64,000 nucleotides of DNA from Prorocentrum cordatum (Eukaryota), in contig CAUYUJ010000015.1 in NCBI GenBank assembly GCA_963575745.1, positions 1 to 64,000 of the forward strand, in the 5' to 3' direction. Under the pieces are notes generated by a model. That model was not told where the DNA came from and ran no database searches. It worked only from the letters and a program-made list of their open reading frames with translations. The translations under genes were made by a program, and so were the position numbers. Of the stretch, positions 47,960-61,518 are shown one piece after another (positions within the stretch are counted from its first letter, which is position 1; each line of letters starts with the position of its first letter).

Positions 47960-50900
47960 CTCAGAATGCATGGCTCTCGCGAGAGTCAAGTGGATACCGC
48001 TAGTCCGCGGCCAGCCTCCGTCCATGTACACCCCATGTGGGGACACTTCCGATCTTGGTGCTGCCCGCGCAGTGGTCGGCACTCCAACCAGAGCCGCTGC
48101 TGTGCCGAGGCGACAGGTCCATGCCAAATGCAGCCCACGAGCCCAAGAAGGGTGCTAGCACCAAGAAGAAGAATAATAATAAGAAGAAGTCCTCTGGCGA
48201 TGTTGACGCTGCTGTTCCTGTTCTTGGCGCTGGTGATGAAGAAGCGAGACCCCGCTCGGGCAGAGGGAGCGGCAGCGTCGTCGATGGTTCCGAAGACCTT
48301 GCCCAAGAGAATTGGTACGACGAGCACGTTCGCGAGCTCGTCCGCATCCAGTTCCAAAAGCAGTTCAACCATTTCAAGGAGAAGAGCCAAGCCAGCTTCA
48401 CACCCACAGCTGCTGCAGTCACCAAAGTCGCCGTCGACCCTATTTGGAGAGGCAGCACGGCGCCTGGCTGAAGCTGCCAAAGCTGCCCCTGACCAAGCCG
48501 CCTCGGCCGCCGCCGCCAAGGTCAGCCCTGACCTAGACGACCTGGAGCAGCGCTTCCAAGAGAAGGCCCAGATAATATCGACAAGCTGGGAGAACTGTCG
48601 GGGCGCCGCAACAAGCTCCTCGACGAACACAACAAGCAGCCCTTCGACATGCAGATCCAGATGGCCGAGCTGCGGAAGGAGCTGGCCAGGGCAAACAAAG
48701 CACCTCCTCAGCCGAAGCCAGCGGGCCGATCCTGAAAGCGGGACATCGACGCCATCATCCTCAAGGTCACGGCCTCGGCGCTCGTGGGCCGCGACGCGGC
48801 CTCTGCCTTTCTCGATGCGCGGTTCAAGGTTGCGGACCTCTCAGGCAACTGCCGCGTCGAGTCCGAGCCTCAAGTCAAGCCGTTCATCGTGCAATTCACT
48901 GGCGCTGCGGGCACTGCTGCTCGGCGGGTCCAGCAAGCCCACGGCGCGCTCCGTCGCAAGGGCGGCTGGGCCAGGTTCCCCGTGCCCTCGGTGGAAGGGC
49001 CCGTCGACGCAACTTCGCGCGGGCCCTGGCAAATCCCCGCGTCGGACCAGGATGGAGGTCCAAGGGGGGCGGGCGGGCGCCCGCCTGCGCGACACCTGCC
49101 CGAGCGGCAAGCTCTTCTTTGACAGGAGGCAACGGGTGGGTCTCGGGGGGCTGGGCGCCGCTACTGCGGCACCAGCCATGTCCTGGCAGAGGCCCAGCCG
49201 CGGTCTTCTGGAACCAGACATGGCTCGATGAGTAGGACCACACGCGCGACAATATCCACGACCTCACAAATTCCATCGTTTGCCCCGACGCTCAACCAGA
49301 ATGGAGGGTCTGATCGGTTCCCCGTTTGGTCAGCATGAAGTCTACCTCGGCTCGTCGGCACCGCGCCCGATGACGGTCATGCGCAACTTCGGCACGTGGA
49401 ACGCGCGGGCGCTGCTCCAGTGGGGGGGGGGGGGGGGCGCGTGGCGCTCGAGAAGGCAGACTACCTAGGTACCGTGAACGCCTCCAGCTCATTCCCGGCC
49501 ATCCAAGAAGTCCACCAGACCCAGCTGCAACTCGGGGCGTTCATCAAGAGGCTGGCTCCGCATGCTACGGTGTGCAGCTCGTTCATCCATGAGCGCGCGG
49601 ACCGGCAGAGTGGTGGCGTTGCGACGGTTCTCCTTGCGCCTCCGTGTTGATTTCCCGCGGGGCCAAGGATCCCCACCCGCGCGCCTTGCGGCGGTCGCAG
49701 GGGGCATGAATTCCGTGGGTTCCGCGTGCTCGGGCCCGAGGAAGCCCAAGATGCAACAGCCGCGCGCCAAGCGCAACAACGGCAAGTCCCATGTGGCCGG
49801 GCGGAATCAAGTCCTGGACGAGCGGGTGGAGCTGGCGGCGGATGGCCCGACTCACGTCTGCAAATACATCGGCAATTTCTTTCAAGGCCGACGCAGGATT
49901 ACCGCGCCAGCGTGGGTGCCCAACCATGGGCGTCACAGGCGCGGTGGTCGAGTCGCCCGAGCAATTCCGCGACGCGGGCGTCCCCGACCATGCTGGCCTT
50001 TTGCTACAAGCGCGCCCACTCCCGCCGCGGCTTTAGCGGCCCAAGCAGCTCGTGACCGAGGCGGGCAAGATTATCATGGAGCGCGCGGTCACGGTCGACG
50101 TGAACGACCTGCCCCCCCAGTAGTCCCCGTGCGACAGGCTGCCCGCGCGATCTGGCGCAACGACCAAAACTTGCCCAAAAAGCGCAAGCCTCTTCGGGGG
50201 CGGCGTCGCGCGTCGAAGCCGGAGACGCCCGATTCGCGTTATATCGCCTTGGGATTCCCCATAGCTGGTCGCAGCGCATAAATTTCCACGCCGCCGAACA
50301 GGGCACCCCCCGCGCGCAAGTGGCCTCGAACAAGACGCGGAGAGAGAAATCACTTGAAGGACAGGCGGCTGCAGCGGGGCGTCGCGCCCTGCTGCGGGCC
50401 CCCATCGGCGCGCGGCTCAGTCTTCGAGGGGCGCGAGAATGCGGAGTGGCCCACCCCGGCCAACAGTCCCAGCTGCGGGCCCTTACCCGCTACTGGGCCG
50501 TTGTCTCCTCTAAGCGCGACATAGCCATATCGGCGGCTACCTCTTACATCAAGCACCGCTTGCCGTCTCGCCTGTCCATCAATCTGGCGCTGCCGAACCT
50601 CGGGCCGGTGCTCGAAACTGCGAGCGAGATGGCTTGAGTCCGCTCGGCACCATGCGTGGGCGGACTTCCGCGCGCAGCATGGGCAGCCGCCCCGGCGCGC
50701 GCGGGAAACGCGCCTGTGGCTTATGAACGGCGAGCGGCTGCTTCGGGTCAACGGCGACACGCATCAAGTTGTTCTTCCCAAGGTCTCTCATCTTGATGAC
50801 CACCCTGGCGGAGGTGCCACGCGGGCGGCCAGCGAGGCGCGCGCGCTGGGACGCAATACTGACGCCAAGAGCATCTCGGCGGTGCCCAACGCCGCCATCA

Positions 50901-52950
50901 CCCCGATGGTGCATAGGGCAGTACCATCCGCTCAGCGCGGATTGGCCCCAGGGCGCCGCTCCGCGGACCACGTCCTGGAGGTCGACCCCGCCCTCGTTGC
51001 CTTGGACTTCGGCCAGGCTTCCCCTAGCCTCTCGCAGGAGTTTCTGATGGCCCTTCTCAACGAGCTCCTGGCCCCAGATGCATTTATCGCTGCTGTTCGT
51101 GGCTTGTGCGCGTCGGCGACTGCGGTCGCCGCGATGGATGGCCCTGCGCGCCTCTATTTCCGATCTCGCGGGGCATCGCACAAGGGTGCGCACTTTCAGG
51201 GTCTCTGCGCGCTCTGGCCATTATCCCACTGGTCTCCCATCCGATGGGAGATCCTGACGTGGCAGATCGTGGCCGGTTTCGCGCGCGTGCTGACCACGCT
51301 GGCGGCGCATTGTATTATTGCCGATTCTTGCCAAACCTCCGCGACACCATGGACGCCGCGCTATCCTTGTGGAGGGTGATTAATGGAGAGGAAGCATGCT
51401 GCCACCAAAATCCAGATATCTAAAAGATGTTTCAAATATGTGTTAAAACTGCCTTAAAAATGTTTGAAACATGTGTAGAACCTGTTTCACACAGTTTAAA
51501 CGCATCTTTACTTGAATGATATGATTGTTAGAGTGCCCATTGTTATGGCATCCACAACTCTATCCGCGCCACGCTCTTTCTGAGGTAACCGAATACAAAG
51601 TGGTCACCTCGCGCGCCCGTTTTGCGCCGAGCGTCGCGGACAAGTTCCCCGGCGACATCAGCGCCTTAGTTCCCGTAGCAGGAGTTTGGTGCGACCAGCA
51701 ATGTATTGCACTTGGGCTTTTGGCTCGGGCCATGCATGGCCGCGAGATCAACTGGGCGGCACCTTGGGCCAAGTGCAAACTCCGAACGACGGCCCTCTCG
51801 CGCTCCACTGCGGCCGTGGGCGCCAACGCCTGGCCCCACAGCGCCCGCGCCATCTCCGCTTCGGGCTACGACGCCCAGTTGTCGCCGCTGCCAGCTTGCT
51901 GCTCCACTGAGGAGGCCCGCCAATGCCTCGAGATTTGCAGGCCCGCTGGGGGCGCATTTCGGCTGGCGAATTATGCTTCCTACGCGATTGGGGCGGGCCC
52001 ATGCTATTGTCGGCTCGAGGCATGGCACAGGCAGCCCTGGTCCGCAGCGCGGCGGTCACCGCCCGCCCGCGCGCCGAGGAACTCCACCGCAGGCTGGAAC
52101 AGGCGGCCGCCACGCGGTGCGACGAGGGGCCCCTGGCCGAGCCGCCCTTCTCACCCAACCTCCCGTTTTGAGTGGCGCCTGCGCTCGCCCAGACGCTCTT
52201 GAACGCCGAGCGCGGCACCCCCTTGCCACGGGCGCTACTACGACGCGCGCGAGGCAGTCCAGGCATATCTACGCGAGCGCAACACCAAGTGCACTAAACC
52301 GAAGTTTCAGCAGGCCGCACACTTCATGATCGTCGCTTGCTGGCACCAGCGCATGCTCGATAATATCATCGACAGGCCCCCCCCCCATTGCATTGTAATC
52401 TCGATCCCCCCTGTATCAACCACTGGACCACATGGTTTCCTTCTCGCACCAGGGAGCTTCGTGAAGCACCATGGAGCCGCATCATGCACCTCATCGAGCA
52501 GATAACGCACGCTTGCGCCCACACTTTGATCTCTCGCTGGCGGATGGCGCGCCTCATGGTGGATCCCTACCCTGATGGCTGCATTTACGGATGCCCGGAG
52601 GCCGAGGACGGCATGGGCCGCCTGTTGGTCTGGCCGAGACTTACGTTCGGCTTGGCCATGGCACAGTCAGGCAAGCGGATATTCTTCCGCGAGGGCCCGC
52701 TGGTGCGCTGGGGTTTTCTGCAGCCGTCTGAGGAGCATCTCGACCTCCCTCCCCGCGCCCGCCTCGCATGCAATGCGATTTGCTAGAAGAACAGGATGCT
52801 GTCTGAACAGGCCGAAAAGGCAGCTCGAGCTGCGTTCCGCTTTGGAGGCCCATCAGCTCCCACGCGGCGAACGAGGACCAAACCTTCGACGGCCATGCTT
52901 GCGACCGCCTGGCGTTGGGGTGCACTCCAATCGACGCCTCCCGCAGCGAG
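47960..52950 (+). mobile_element. Decayed near-full-length LINE (ORF1, AP endonuclease, RT, C-terminal Cys motif)
   Basis: ORF1-like FIVQFTGAAGTAARRVQQA; APE GTWNARAL, IQEVH, SGGVATV; RT SAPCVGGLP, NTDAK, QRGLAPGR, LDFGQASPSL, RGIAQGCALSG; C-terminal CIYGCPEAEDG. Confidence 0.85.
51367..51559. mobile_element. AT-rich MITE-like insertion in the LINE RT
   Basis: Abrupt AT-rich block; ctatcc directly repeated at 51361 and 51560; imperfect ends ttgtgga..tccacaa; internal tgtttcaaa..tttgaaaca. Confidence 0.7.
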
Positions 52951-55900
52951 CACAGTGGAGGTCCACCGTCTTCGAAAACACCCTGGCCAACCGACCTGCA
53001 GCACAGACATGCGCACCCTCCCCCGCACGGAGACTGGTTTTCTCTCCCTATTCGAGCTCCACCTCGTCTGCGTCGTCGTAATCTGCCGATCCCAGCGAAG
53101 AGGCCACGCCGCTCTTGCTCGGCAATGCCTCGGATTTCGCGACTGATGGCTCCTGTCCTTGCCCCGCCGGTGTGTCCGCAGAGGAGCGACTTGTCCTACT
53201 TGCCCATGATGGCTACGATTGGACGAGGTGACATCTCGGCGTCTGCGAAGAAGCCGCTCGCACCGCTCGGCGCCGTGCCTGTCGACGGCGGCTTGCAGCT
53301 GATAGGGCTCCCCCCTGGTTCCCCTTTGGTGCTTGACGTCGCGGAAGCAAGGTCTGTGGTCCTGCGGGATGAGATCAGGCGGCGGGCATCGGCTTGGTTT
53401 CCCAACGGCAATCATCTGAGGGTAGCTATCGCCAAGACTGGTTGAGGTGGTGCCTACCAGTCACCCGCGCGGCTAAGGACAATGAGCTGGGGCGCCGGTT
53501 CATCGCCGAGCGCGTTATTACTGCGGGCGACTCAGCAACAGAGCTGCGCGTTAATGCCGGGGAACATTGCGCTCCCAGTCGGCGGCTACCGGCGGATGCT
53601 CGGCTTGCATTGGGCGCGGAGGGCCGTGCCGAGCTTGCCCGCGCCCACCTGGCCTACCACCGCAACGTCCCGAGGTGGCGCCAGAGCGCGCTTGGCCCAC
53701 GGGCGCCATGGACGGCAGAGGTCACGACGGAGCCCGCTACGCCGCCGAGCGAGGACGAAGGCTGACCTGGGACCCCAGCAGCGCGTGCTCGCGCGGCCGT
53801 TATTCTCGCTAGCGAGGGTCGGGAGATGGGAGCTACCTCGCCCCGCGCCTTGCCGCTTGCCCCCGCCGATCCTCTGGCGGCCGCCCAACCCGCTGCCGGC
53901 GCCCACAACGATCAGGCCCCTTTCGCGCAGCATTCCATCCCCCTGTCGCCCCGGAGCCGCGTTGCAGAGCCCGCCAAGCTCCTACAGAGCGACGCCGCAT
54001 TTGCAGACATCATCGAGATCATCATCTCGATGTTACTACCGCGTCTCCATCGCGCCGCGGAATGACCCTGTCAATTCGAGCCCATGAACCCACGGACCGA
54101 GGGGATTCATCCGTCGCGGCTCGCCGAGCGCGCGGATGTTGTGCGAGCTTTACTTCGCCGGCGCGGCTGCGCTGAGCATGTGCGAATGCGAGCTCTTTCG
54201 TGGATGTCCCGCATCACGAACCACCTCTCTGTCGAAACTGCCGCGGGCATGCCTGTGGAGGATATAGCGCAGGCAGTTTGCGAGCGACTCTGGCGTGCCC
54301 ATGGATCCCCGATCACCTACGTCCTCTCAAGGAGGCGTGATTTGCTTCCGGATCCTGAATATCGGCGCTGCATATTGGGGGGGGCGCTACTGGCTTGGCC
54401 GTGGCACTGACAGCGACGGGCGCCCCTTGCACTTGGGCGCTGAGACGCGTTCGGCCCACGGCGCTGGAAGAGTTCATCGTTGGCCCCCTTTCGAGGCTGA
54501 CCGGCGCCGCGCTGGAAACGCCAAGAGCTACGACGAGCAGCAGCACCTCGACCTAGCATCGAGCCTGTATGAGCGCGCGGCGTCAAGGGCCCCCATCAGC
54601 GAATGCAGCCACCCTATGGTCCATGGACGTGCCGCTGGTATCGGATGTCTCTCCTAGCGGGCCTACCCAGTGTCAATCTCGACCTCTGCAGCCCCCTGAG
54701 CAGCGCCGACGGGACCTCACCGACAGGGCTACCTGCTGGCAGAACGACTGGCTGCCGCCCCTGCACGCCAATACTCCGTGCTTGGGCTTCCAGAAGTCGA
54801 TTGGCGCATGTGGGGGGCGCCCTTAGGCGCGGCGGCTTCGAGCCGCCGTTCGGCATTACTGGCGGCCCCCTTGCCCGAGACTTGTCGTCGGAAGGGCTAC
54901 GAGACGAGATGGCCCAGGAGATCTGCTTGGCGGGGCGGCATGGGCCTGCCGCCCCCCGAGAGCAACTCCACCAACATTTGCTTGGGCCTTGGTCGCGCAA
55001 TGGATGGAAGCGGCCGGAAGCTCTGTGGCTTCGAGCTCCAGGACATCTCCGCCAGCAGGTGGGCTCAGGACCCTGCGCGAATGCGATGGACCGAGCGCAA
55101 AGACTTCGCGTGGGATCGCTCCCATCGACGGCACGATGTCCTGCTTCTACTTTATCCTGATAGGTTCCTCCACCCGAGCCTGGTTCCATCGCCTCCTGGC
55201 CCTGGCCTCGATCTCCCCGATAAAATGCGCCATCGGATCATGCAATCGCTCGCTGGTGCCCACGAGCATCTTCCTGACGAAGACGACAGCAGCATATATC
55301 ATCCTGGGTACCCAGTGCCCACCGAAGTCGGCCGGACACTACGGAAGAGACGCACTCCGACGCTCAAGCAGGCGCGCCAGTCGCAGAAGGAGCCGCAGCC
55401 GGCCAAATTGATTTTTTGGGGGGCTACGCCATGGATGAGGGGGGATTCCCGTGCCATCCCGGGCAGGCTACGGAAGCGGAGCTATTTGATGACGAGGCGG
55501 CGCCCGACGCTCATGTTGACCATCTGGTCGCTCTAGCAGAGGAAGTCAGTCTGTCCCCCGTTCGCGCGGAGGACCACGATGACGCCCCGCATCATGCGGC
55601 TGGACCTTCGGCTGGCTTTGGAGGTTGAGCTACCCCTCCTATGGGACCTCCCACCTCGTCGTCCTCGGCCTCTTCTGGCAACTTCAGAATCACGATGGCC
55701 CTTTATGGGTCCTCAGTCCTCTACCCGAATGGCTCAGTAGGCGGCGCCTTAGCAATGCCAGCAGTTCGAGAGCCAGTGCCGACGACTTCACCTGCTGCGG
55801 AAGCTCTTGGAGGCCCCAACTAGCAATTCCATGGGCTCTCTCAGGACGCCCCAGCTGCACTGCAAGTGCCTGTTCATGCGCTACGACGGGAGCGCGCGGG

Positions 55901-58281
55901 CCAGGGCGCGCACCCCTCGTCGCCGCCCTGCAGGTTCTCTGTTTCGTCTCGTGGCCGCGGCAACGGCGGCGGCAACATCTCGGCCAATGGCGACCCGCTT
56001 GTCCCGCCTGGGCCACGCGAAGTGGCGACGGTGGCGGGCGGTTCCCCCGCGACGCCGCATTGGCGCACTGTCGATAGGTCATGGGTCATGCTTTGTTGAC
56101 TTTCCGTTCTCGTGCATGAAGGAGCTCCTGCCGCTCTACAATATCTTAAGTCGCCTGGGATAGCGACGGAGCAAGCAGTTCCCGTGCATGGTGGAGCGCA
56201 TGCTGATCTTCTGTCTCTTATTTTGCCTGGAGGTGCGACGGAGGTGGGGGCGCTCCCCGCGATTTGAACAGGACTGGCAGCCCTCGTGGATGATGGGCCT
56301 CACGCTGTCCATCTGGCCGCCTCGTCTCTCGGCGATGCGACTATAGTGGGTGCGTCCCCCGCGACCTCGCGCGGGCACGTCGGCATCTGGCCCGATGGTT
56401 CCCGGAGCGCACCTCTGTCTGCTACGTCGCCCCGGGGGGGGCGACGGAGGCGACGGGGGCGGGGGCGGCTCCCGCGACCTCGCATGAAGGGGCCGCGGTG
56501 TCGCATGGTGCTGTTCTGGCTTCTGGGAATGATCGCGCGGCAGATGCCCCAGAGGTTTCGCGAGGCATTGCTGCTGCGGCCAACGTCGCCACAGGGGAAT
56601 CAGCCCTTGCAGGCATGCAGGTCGGGAACGGGGATTCAGCCTCCGCCCGTTCCCAAGCCCCCAAATCTCGCTGGTATGAAGCCCTTGGGGCCACTCCCTG
56701 CGGCTGCTACCGATCCAGACATGAGCCGCGGCATCGTCGTCGACTTTGGGGGCGCGGACGCCGCCGCCTCCACCTGCCTGGCCACGAGCAACCACGGGAT
56801 GGGGGACTTCCGCGCGACTTCGCAGGCACCTGCTGCCCCCGTGCCCGAAGGGTCTCTTTGTGTTCCACGGTCTTCTACGTCGCCCGGGGCTGCGACGGAG
56901 GCGGGGGCGTCGCCCGCGAGATTGCTGGCGACCCTTTCCTGAGGAGGCCCACGCTGTTCCAGCGTCCTCTACGTCGCCTGGGCAGCGACGGAAGCGGGGA
57001 CATCTTCCGCGATCCCCCCATCGTCGCGAAGGATTTGCTCACGCGATTGGGTGCGATTGCGCGGTTAACAAAGGCTGGCGGGCGGCCGGGCCATGACGCA
57101 GACCACGGCATCACAGGAATTGAGCCCTTGCACGAGATCGGCTCGGGAGCGGGGATTCAGCCCCCGCCCGACCTAGCGCGCCCCGGCCTCTGCGGACGAT
57201 GCCAGCTGCGGCACGCCAGCTGCAACATCACGCGCGCAATGAGCGGCGACGACCGCGCCATGGCGAGCGAGGCGGGCCCCCCCGTCGGCGCGGGCGACGC
57301 GTGCATGGGCGCCCCCGCCCTGCATCCTGCCGCCGCTCCTGACCAAGAGCACCTCGGCACCGACTACATCGACGACCTCGAGGGCGCGCACTCTGTCGTC
57401 TCCAACTTTCAGACCACGGTCGCCCGCCAGGCGATTAATGGCGGGTGCCGCAGCGGCCGCGGCGCCTAGTGCGGCGAGGGAGAATTCGTGCACTGGGGAC
57501 GATGATCGCTCCTCCTCCTCCTCCTCCTCCTCCTCCTCCTCCTCCTCCTCCTCTTCTTATTCCTCCCTTCCTTATTGTCATCCATATCCTGTTCTCATGA
57601 GGCATTCATTTCAGTCGTATCGCATGAGACTCATCACCAGATTCGGTCCTGAAGCTTGTGAATTGCAGCGGTTTTGTGGATGAAGGGCGGACCGTCTCCG
57701 AACTGTAGGTATCGTCGCAACGCCGCACCTGCTCGTCTCTGAAGTGTTTGCAACAGCTTCGCGGGTGGAGGTCGAATCGTTTTCACAATGTGGTTGTCGC
57801 AGCAGCGCCACGCACATTCGCTTCCGGCTCAAGGATGGACGTCGGGCCGTCTTCAAAATGTGGCTGTCGCCTTAGCGCCGCGCGCACTCGCCTCAAAATA
57901 TTGCAGCAGTTTCAGGGGTGGAGGGCGCGCCGATTTCAGCATGCAGCTCTCGTTTTAGCGCCGCGCGCATTCGCCTCACAAGCTTGCAGCAGCTTCAAAT
58001 TCGAATGAAGGGTGGCTGTGTTTCAATATGTTGCTCTCGTTCGTTTTAAACGTTTGCAGCGATGTCAGGGGCTCGCACGGCTGAAGCCCCAAGAACGGCG
58101 TTACGGCACGGTTTTGGATTGTCGGGGCGAAAGGGTCATGTTGATATCGCGGTGTGGAAGCCCCAAAATGGCAGTACGGCGCGGCTTTGGATTGGCAGGG
58201 CGCAACAGTCATTTAGGTTCGCGGCGTTGACGTCCTAAGAATGATAACGCTGGGACGATTGAAGATTCTCGGACGGCTGTT

Positions 58282-59278
58282 ACCTAACAGCGAAGACTGA
58301 TAGGTTTCTAATGGGGTCAAAAGAGAGCATCTGATGACTCCCCAGGGGGGTCTGGGCGGGAGCCGGACAGGCGAGTGCCAGGCTCGTTTTAAGCAAACAG
58401 TCACACACTTCGTGCTCTTCGACCTCCCAGAACACCATTCCCGGGCCACATTTTGAATGCCCGGAGCCAACTGTAGGCCACTTCGTGCTCTTCGACTTCC
58501 CAGAACTCCATTCCCGGGCCACATTCTGAATGCCTGGAGCCAACTGTAGGCCACTTCGTGCTCTTCGAGTTCCCAGAACTCCATTCCCGGCCACTGAATG
58601 CCCCAACTGTAGGCCAGTTCCCAGAACTCCACTCCCGGGCCACATTCCCGGAGCCAACTGTAGGCCACTTCGTGGTCTTCGAGTTCCCAGAACTCCATTC
58701 CTGGGCATGATTTTGAATGCCCGGAGCCAACTGTAGGCCACTTCGTGTTCTTCGAGTTCCCAGAACTCCATTCCCGGGCCACATTTTGAATGCTGAGGCA
58801 GGCTGATGCTGAGGCTGAGGCAGGCTGAGGCTGAGGCAGGCTGAGGCTGAGGCCGAGGCTGAAGGCAGACTGAGGCTGAGGCTGAAGCAGGCTGAGGCTG
58901 AGGCTGAGGCAGGCTGAGGCTGAGGCTGAGGCAGGCTGATGCTGAGGCAGGCTGAGGCTGAGGCTGAGGCTGATGCAGGCTGAGGCTGAGGCAGGCTGAG
59001 GCTGAGGCCGAGGCTGAAGGCAGACTGAGGCTGAGGCTGAAGCAGGCTGAGGCTGAGGCTGAGGCAGGCTGAGGCTGAGGCAGGCTGAGGCTGAGGCTGA
59101 GGCAGGCTGAGGCTGAGGCTGTGACTGCGACTGCCGTTGCCACTGCGACTGTCATCGCGAATGCGACTACGACTGCGAGAACAGCAGAATTCTACAACTG
59201 GATTCTCATCTGAATCTTAAGGGGAATGCTTCTAGATATGCTCCTACACATCGCTGTTAGGTTGCTTTGCCGGGATAA
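58282..59278 (+). mobile_element. Non-autonomous element family 1, copy B, with (GCTGAG)n payload
   Basis: Reverse complement of the ends and 60 bp array of 17538-19087; starts tt|acctaacagcga and ends tcgctgttaggttgctttgccgggataa|tt. Confidence 0.75.
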
Positions 59279-59427
59279 TTTTCCAATGGGGCAATTTCAA
59301 TGGGAAGTATGGGGTTCACGAAGAGGAAGCTTTGAAGGAGGGTTTCTTGCAACGTCGTTGATGCGCCTTGGTTTTACACTGGTCCACGCCCTCGTCATCT
59401 TCCTCCTCTTCCTCCTCCCCGGCGCAG

Positions 59428-59881
59428 CGAGGCGAAGGAAGCGGCGCGCAGGGCCGCGAAGGAGGAGGAGGAGGAGCAGGAAAAGAAGAAAGACAAGGAG
59501 CGCGAGACCGAGCGGCACCGCGCGGCGGCGGAGGAGGAGAGGCGCGGGGCGGCGGAGGGGGAGGAGCAGCTCGCGGCGGAGCGGCGCCAAGAGGAGGAGC
59601 GGCGCGTGGCGGAGGAGATGAAGCGGCAGGCGGTGGAGGAGATGGAGCGGCGGCGCGCGGCGGACCGGCGCCGCGAGGAAGAGCGGCGCGCCGCGGAGGA
59701 GATGAAGCGGCAGGCAGCGGAGGAGATGGAACGGCGGCGCCGCAAAGAGGAGCGGCGCGCGGTGGAGGAGCGGGGCGCGGCGATGGAACGCCAGGCGGCG
59801 GAGCAGGAGGACCGGCGCGCGTCGGCGGGTTGCACTCGCACGACGAGGGAGGGAGGAGGGAGGGGGCGGGAGGCTGGCTGA
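59428..59881 (+). CDS. Candidate exon encoding an E/R/K-rich helical (coiled-coil/SAH-like) segment
   Basis: Pyrimidine tract plus cag before 59428; open frame EAKEAARRAAKEEEE...AEEMKRQAVEEMERRR with a 20 aa internal duplication. Confidence 0.4.
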
Positions 59882-60414
59882 ACGCCCAGGGGGCCGACTT
59901 TGAGAGCCGCGGAACAGGGCCTCGGAGAATGCCCGTCGGCGGCAGGAGCCTCGTGGACGGCCTGGACGGTCTCCATGCTACATCACCCCGGCGCCTTGTC
60001 GAGGGAGGGGGGCGAGCGGCAAGCCACAGGACGAATGGAAATTCCACCAGCACAAGTCAGCGGGCTGTGCCATGCGCCGCCCCCAAGCAGGCCGGCAACT
60101 TACTGTAAATATGTGCGTGGCGCACAGGCGAGTGGAGCGGTACGCGCCTCGCGCCCCTCAGCTATCACACATATTGCCACGTGGGTTCCAGGATTTCAAC
60201 ACGAAAGCGAAAAACATCCATGCTGAGTAGTGGGCAGGGCGTCCCGTTTTGGCTTGTTTCGATGCGAGGACGAGGGGAGGGGGTACTTATTCACAGCACG
60301 TAAGGATACGGGGGGAGGAGTTGGAACGGAAGGAGGATAGGGGGAGACAACGACAGACGAGGAGGACGGATGCTGGATAAAGTCGGATCAAGAGGGGCGA
60401 AGAGGAGTGGAAAA

Positions 60415-60811
60415 AAGGAGAAGTGAGGGAGAGGAAGAGGTAGAGGTAGAGTGAGAGGGAGAGGGAGAGCTAGAGGGAGAGGGAGAGGGAGGGAGAGAGA
60501 GAGAGAGGGAAGGAGAGGGAGAGGGAAGGAGAGAGAGAGAGAGGGAGACGAGCCGAATCGGACCGCGGGTCCAGGCGCCGCCTGGCAAGCAGGGCGTGAG
60601 CCTAGCGCTTGAGGATGGCGTTGCAGCTGATCCACGTGGAAGCGAGAGACAGAGAGAGAGAGAGAGAGACAAAAAAAAAGGAGAGAGAGAGAGAGAGAGA
60701 GAAACAAACAAACATTATGTTTTTATTCTCCTTTCTAAAAAGAGAATAGACTCACCCCCCCGGACTTATCGCTTCCCCTTGGGATAATATAATGTCATAT
60801 ATATATATATG

Positions 60812-60860
<49 letters not shown>
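60415..60860. repeat. (GA)n and (TA)n microsatellites
   Basis: Direct reading. Confidence 0.9.
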
Positions 60861-61457
60861 GCATACTCGTCCATCCTAAATATGAAATCATACCATCCCA
60901 GCCAGGCCGGGTTCCACCCCCCTGAGGTTCCCTTGTAAAAAAACACTATGCGGTGACATGTTTTGTTCTAGCATAACACTTTTTCACGAATCGCTTGCAA
61001 AAAATGGGACGAGGTGCACACGCGCGCGCCGTCGCGCGCGCATGCCGAAATCCTTCAAAAACCTTCGGTGCCGGAAGGATTGCGCAATCGAGTTTCCAAA
61101 ACACATACAAAAACACGTGGTTTCGCAACACTGATTTGCTAAAACAGTTTCCGCGCGAGCTCTTGCGAAATCTTAGGAAAACCATAGGTGTTTCAATATT
61201 TTCACAACATTCTACCAAACGGGCTTCGCGCGCGCGCATGTCGAAATCTGTCGAACGCCCTTGCGCGTGTGCCGTCGCGAGAATCCTCTGCAAAGAATGG
61301 GACGAAGTGCAGACGCGCGCGAAGTCGCGGGCGTATGCCGAAATTCTTCAAAAACCTTCGGTTTCGCAAGGATTTCAAAATCGTGCGTCCAAAAAACTTA
61401 CAAAAACCCAAGGAGTCTCAACACGGGTTTTCAACAAAAGCGTGCGCGCGCGCTTTT

Positions 61458-61486
61458 GCGTCGTCGTCGTCGTCCTCCCTCCTCCC

Positions 61487-61518
<32 letters not shown>

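Noticed and set aside
17532..59284. Giant 42 kb transposon bounded by long inverted repeats
   Set aside because: Better explained as two independent copies of a dispersed element, each with its own ends and insertion site
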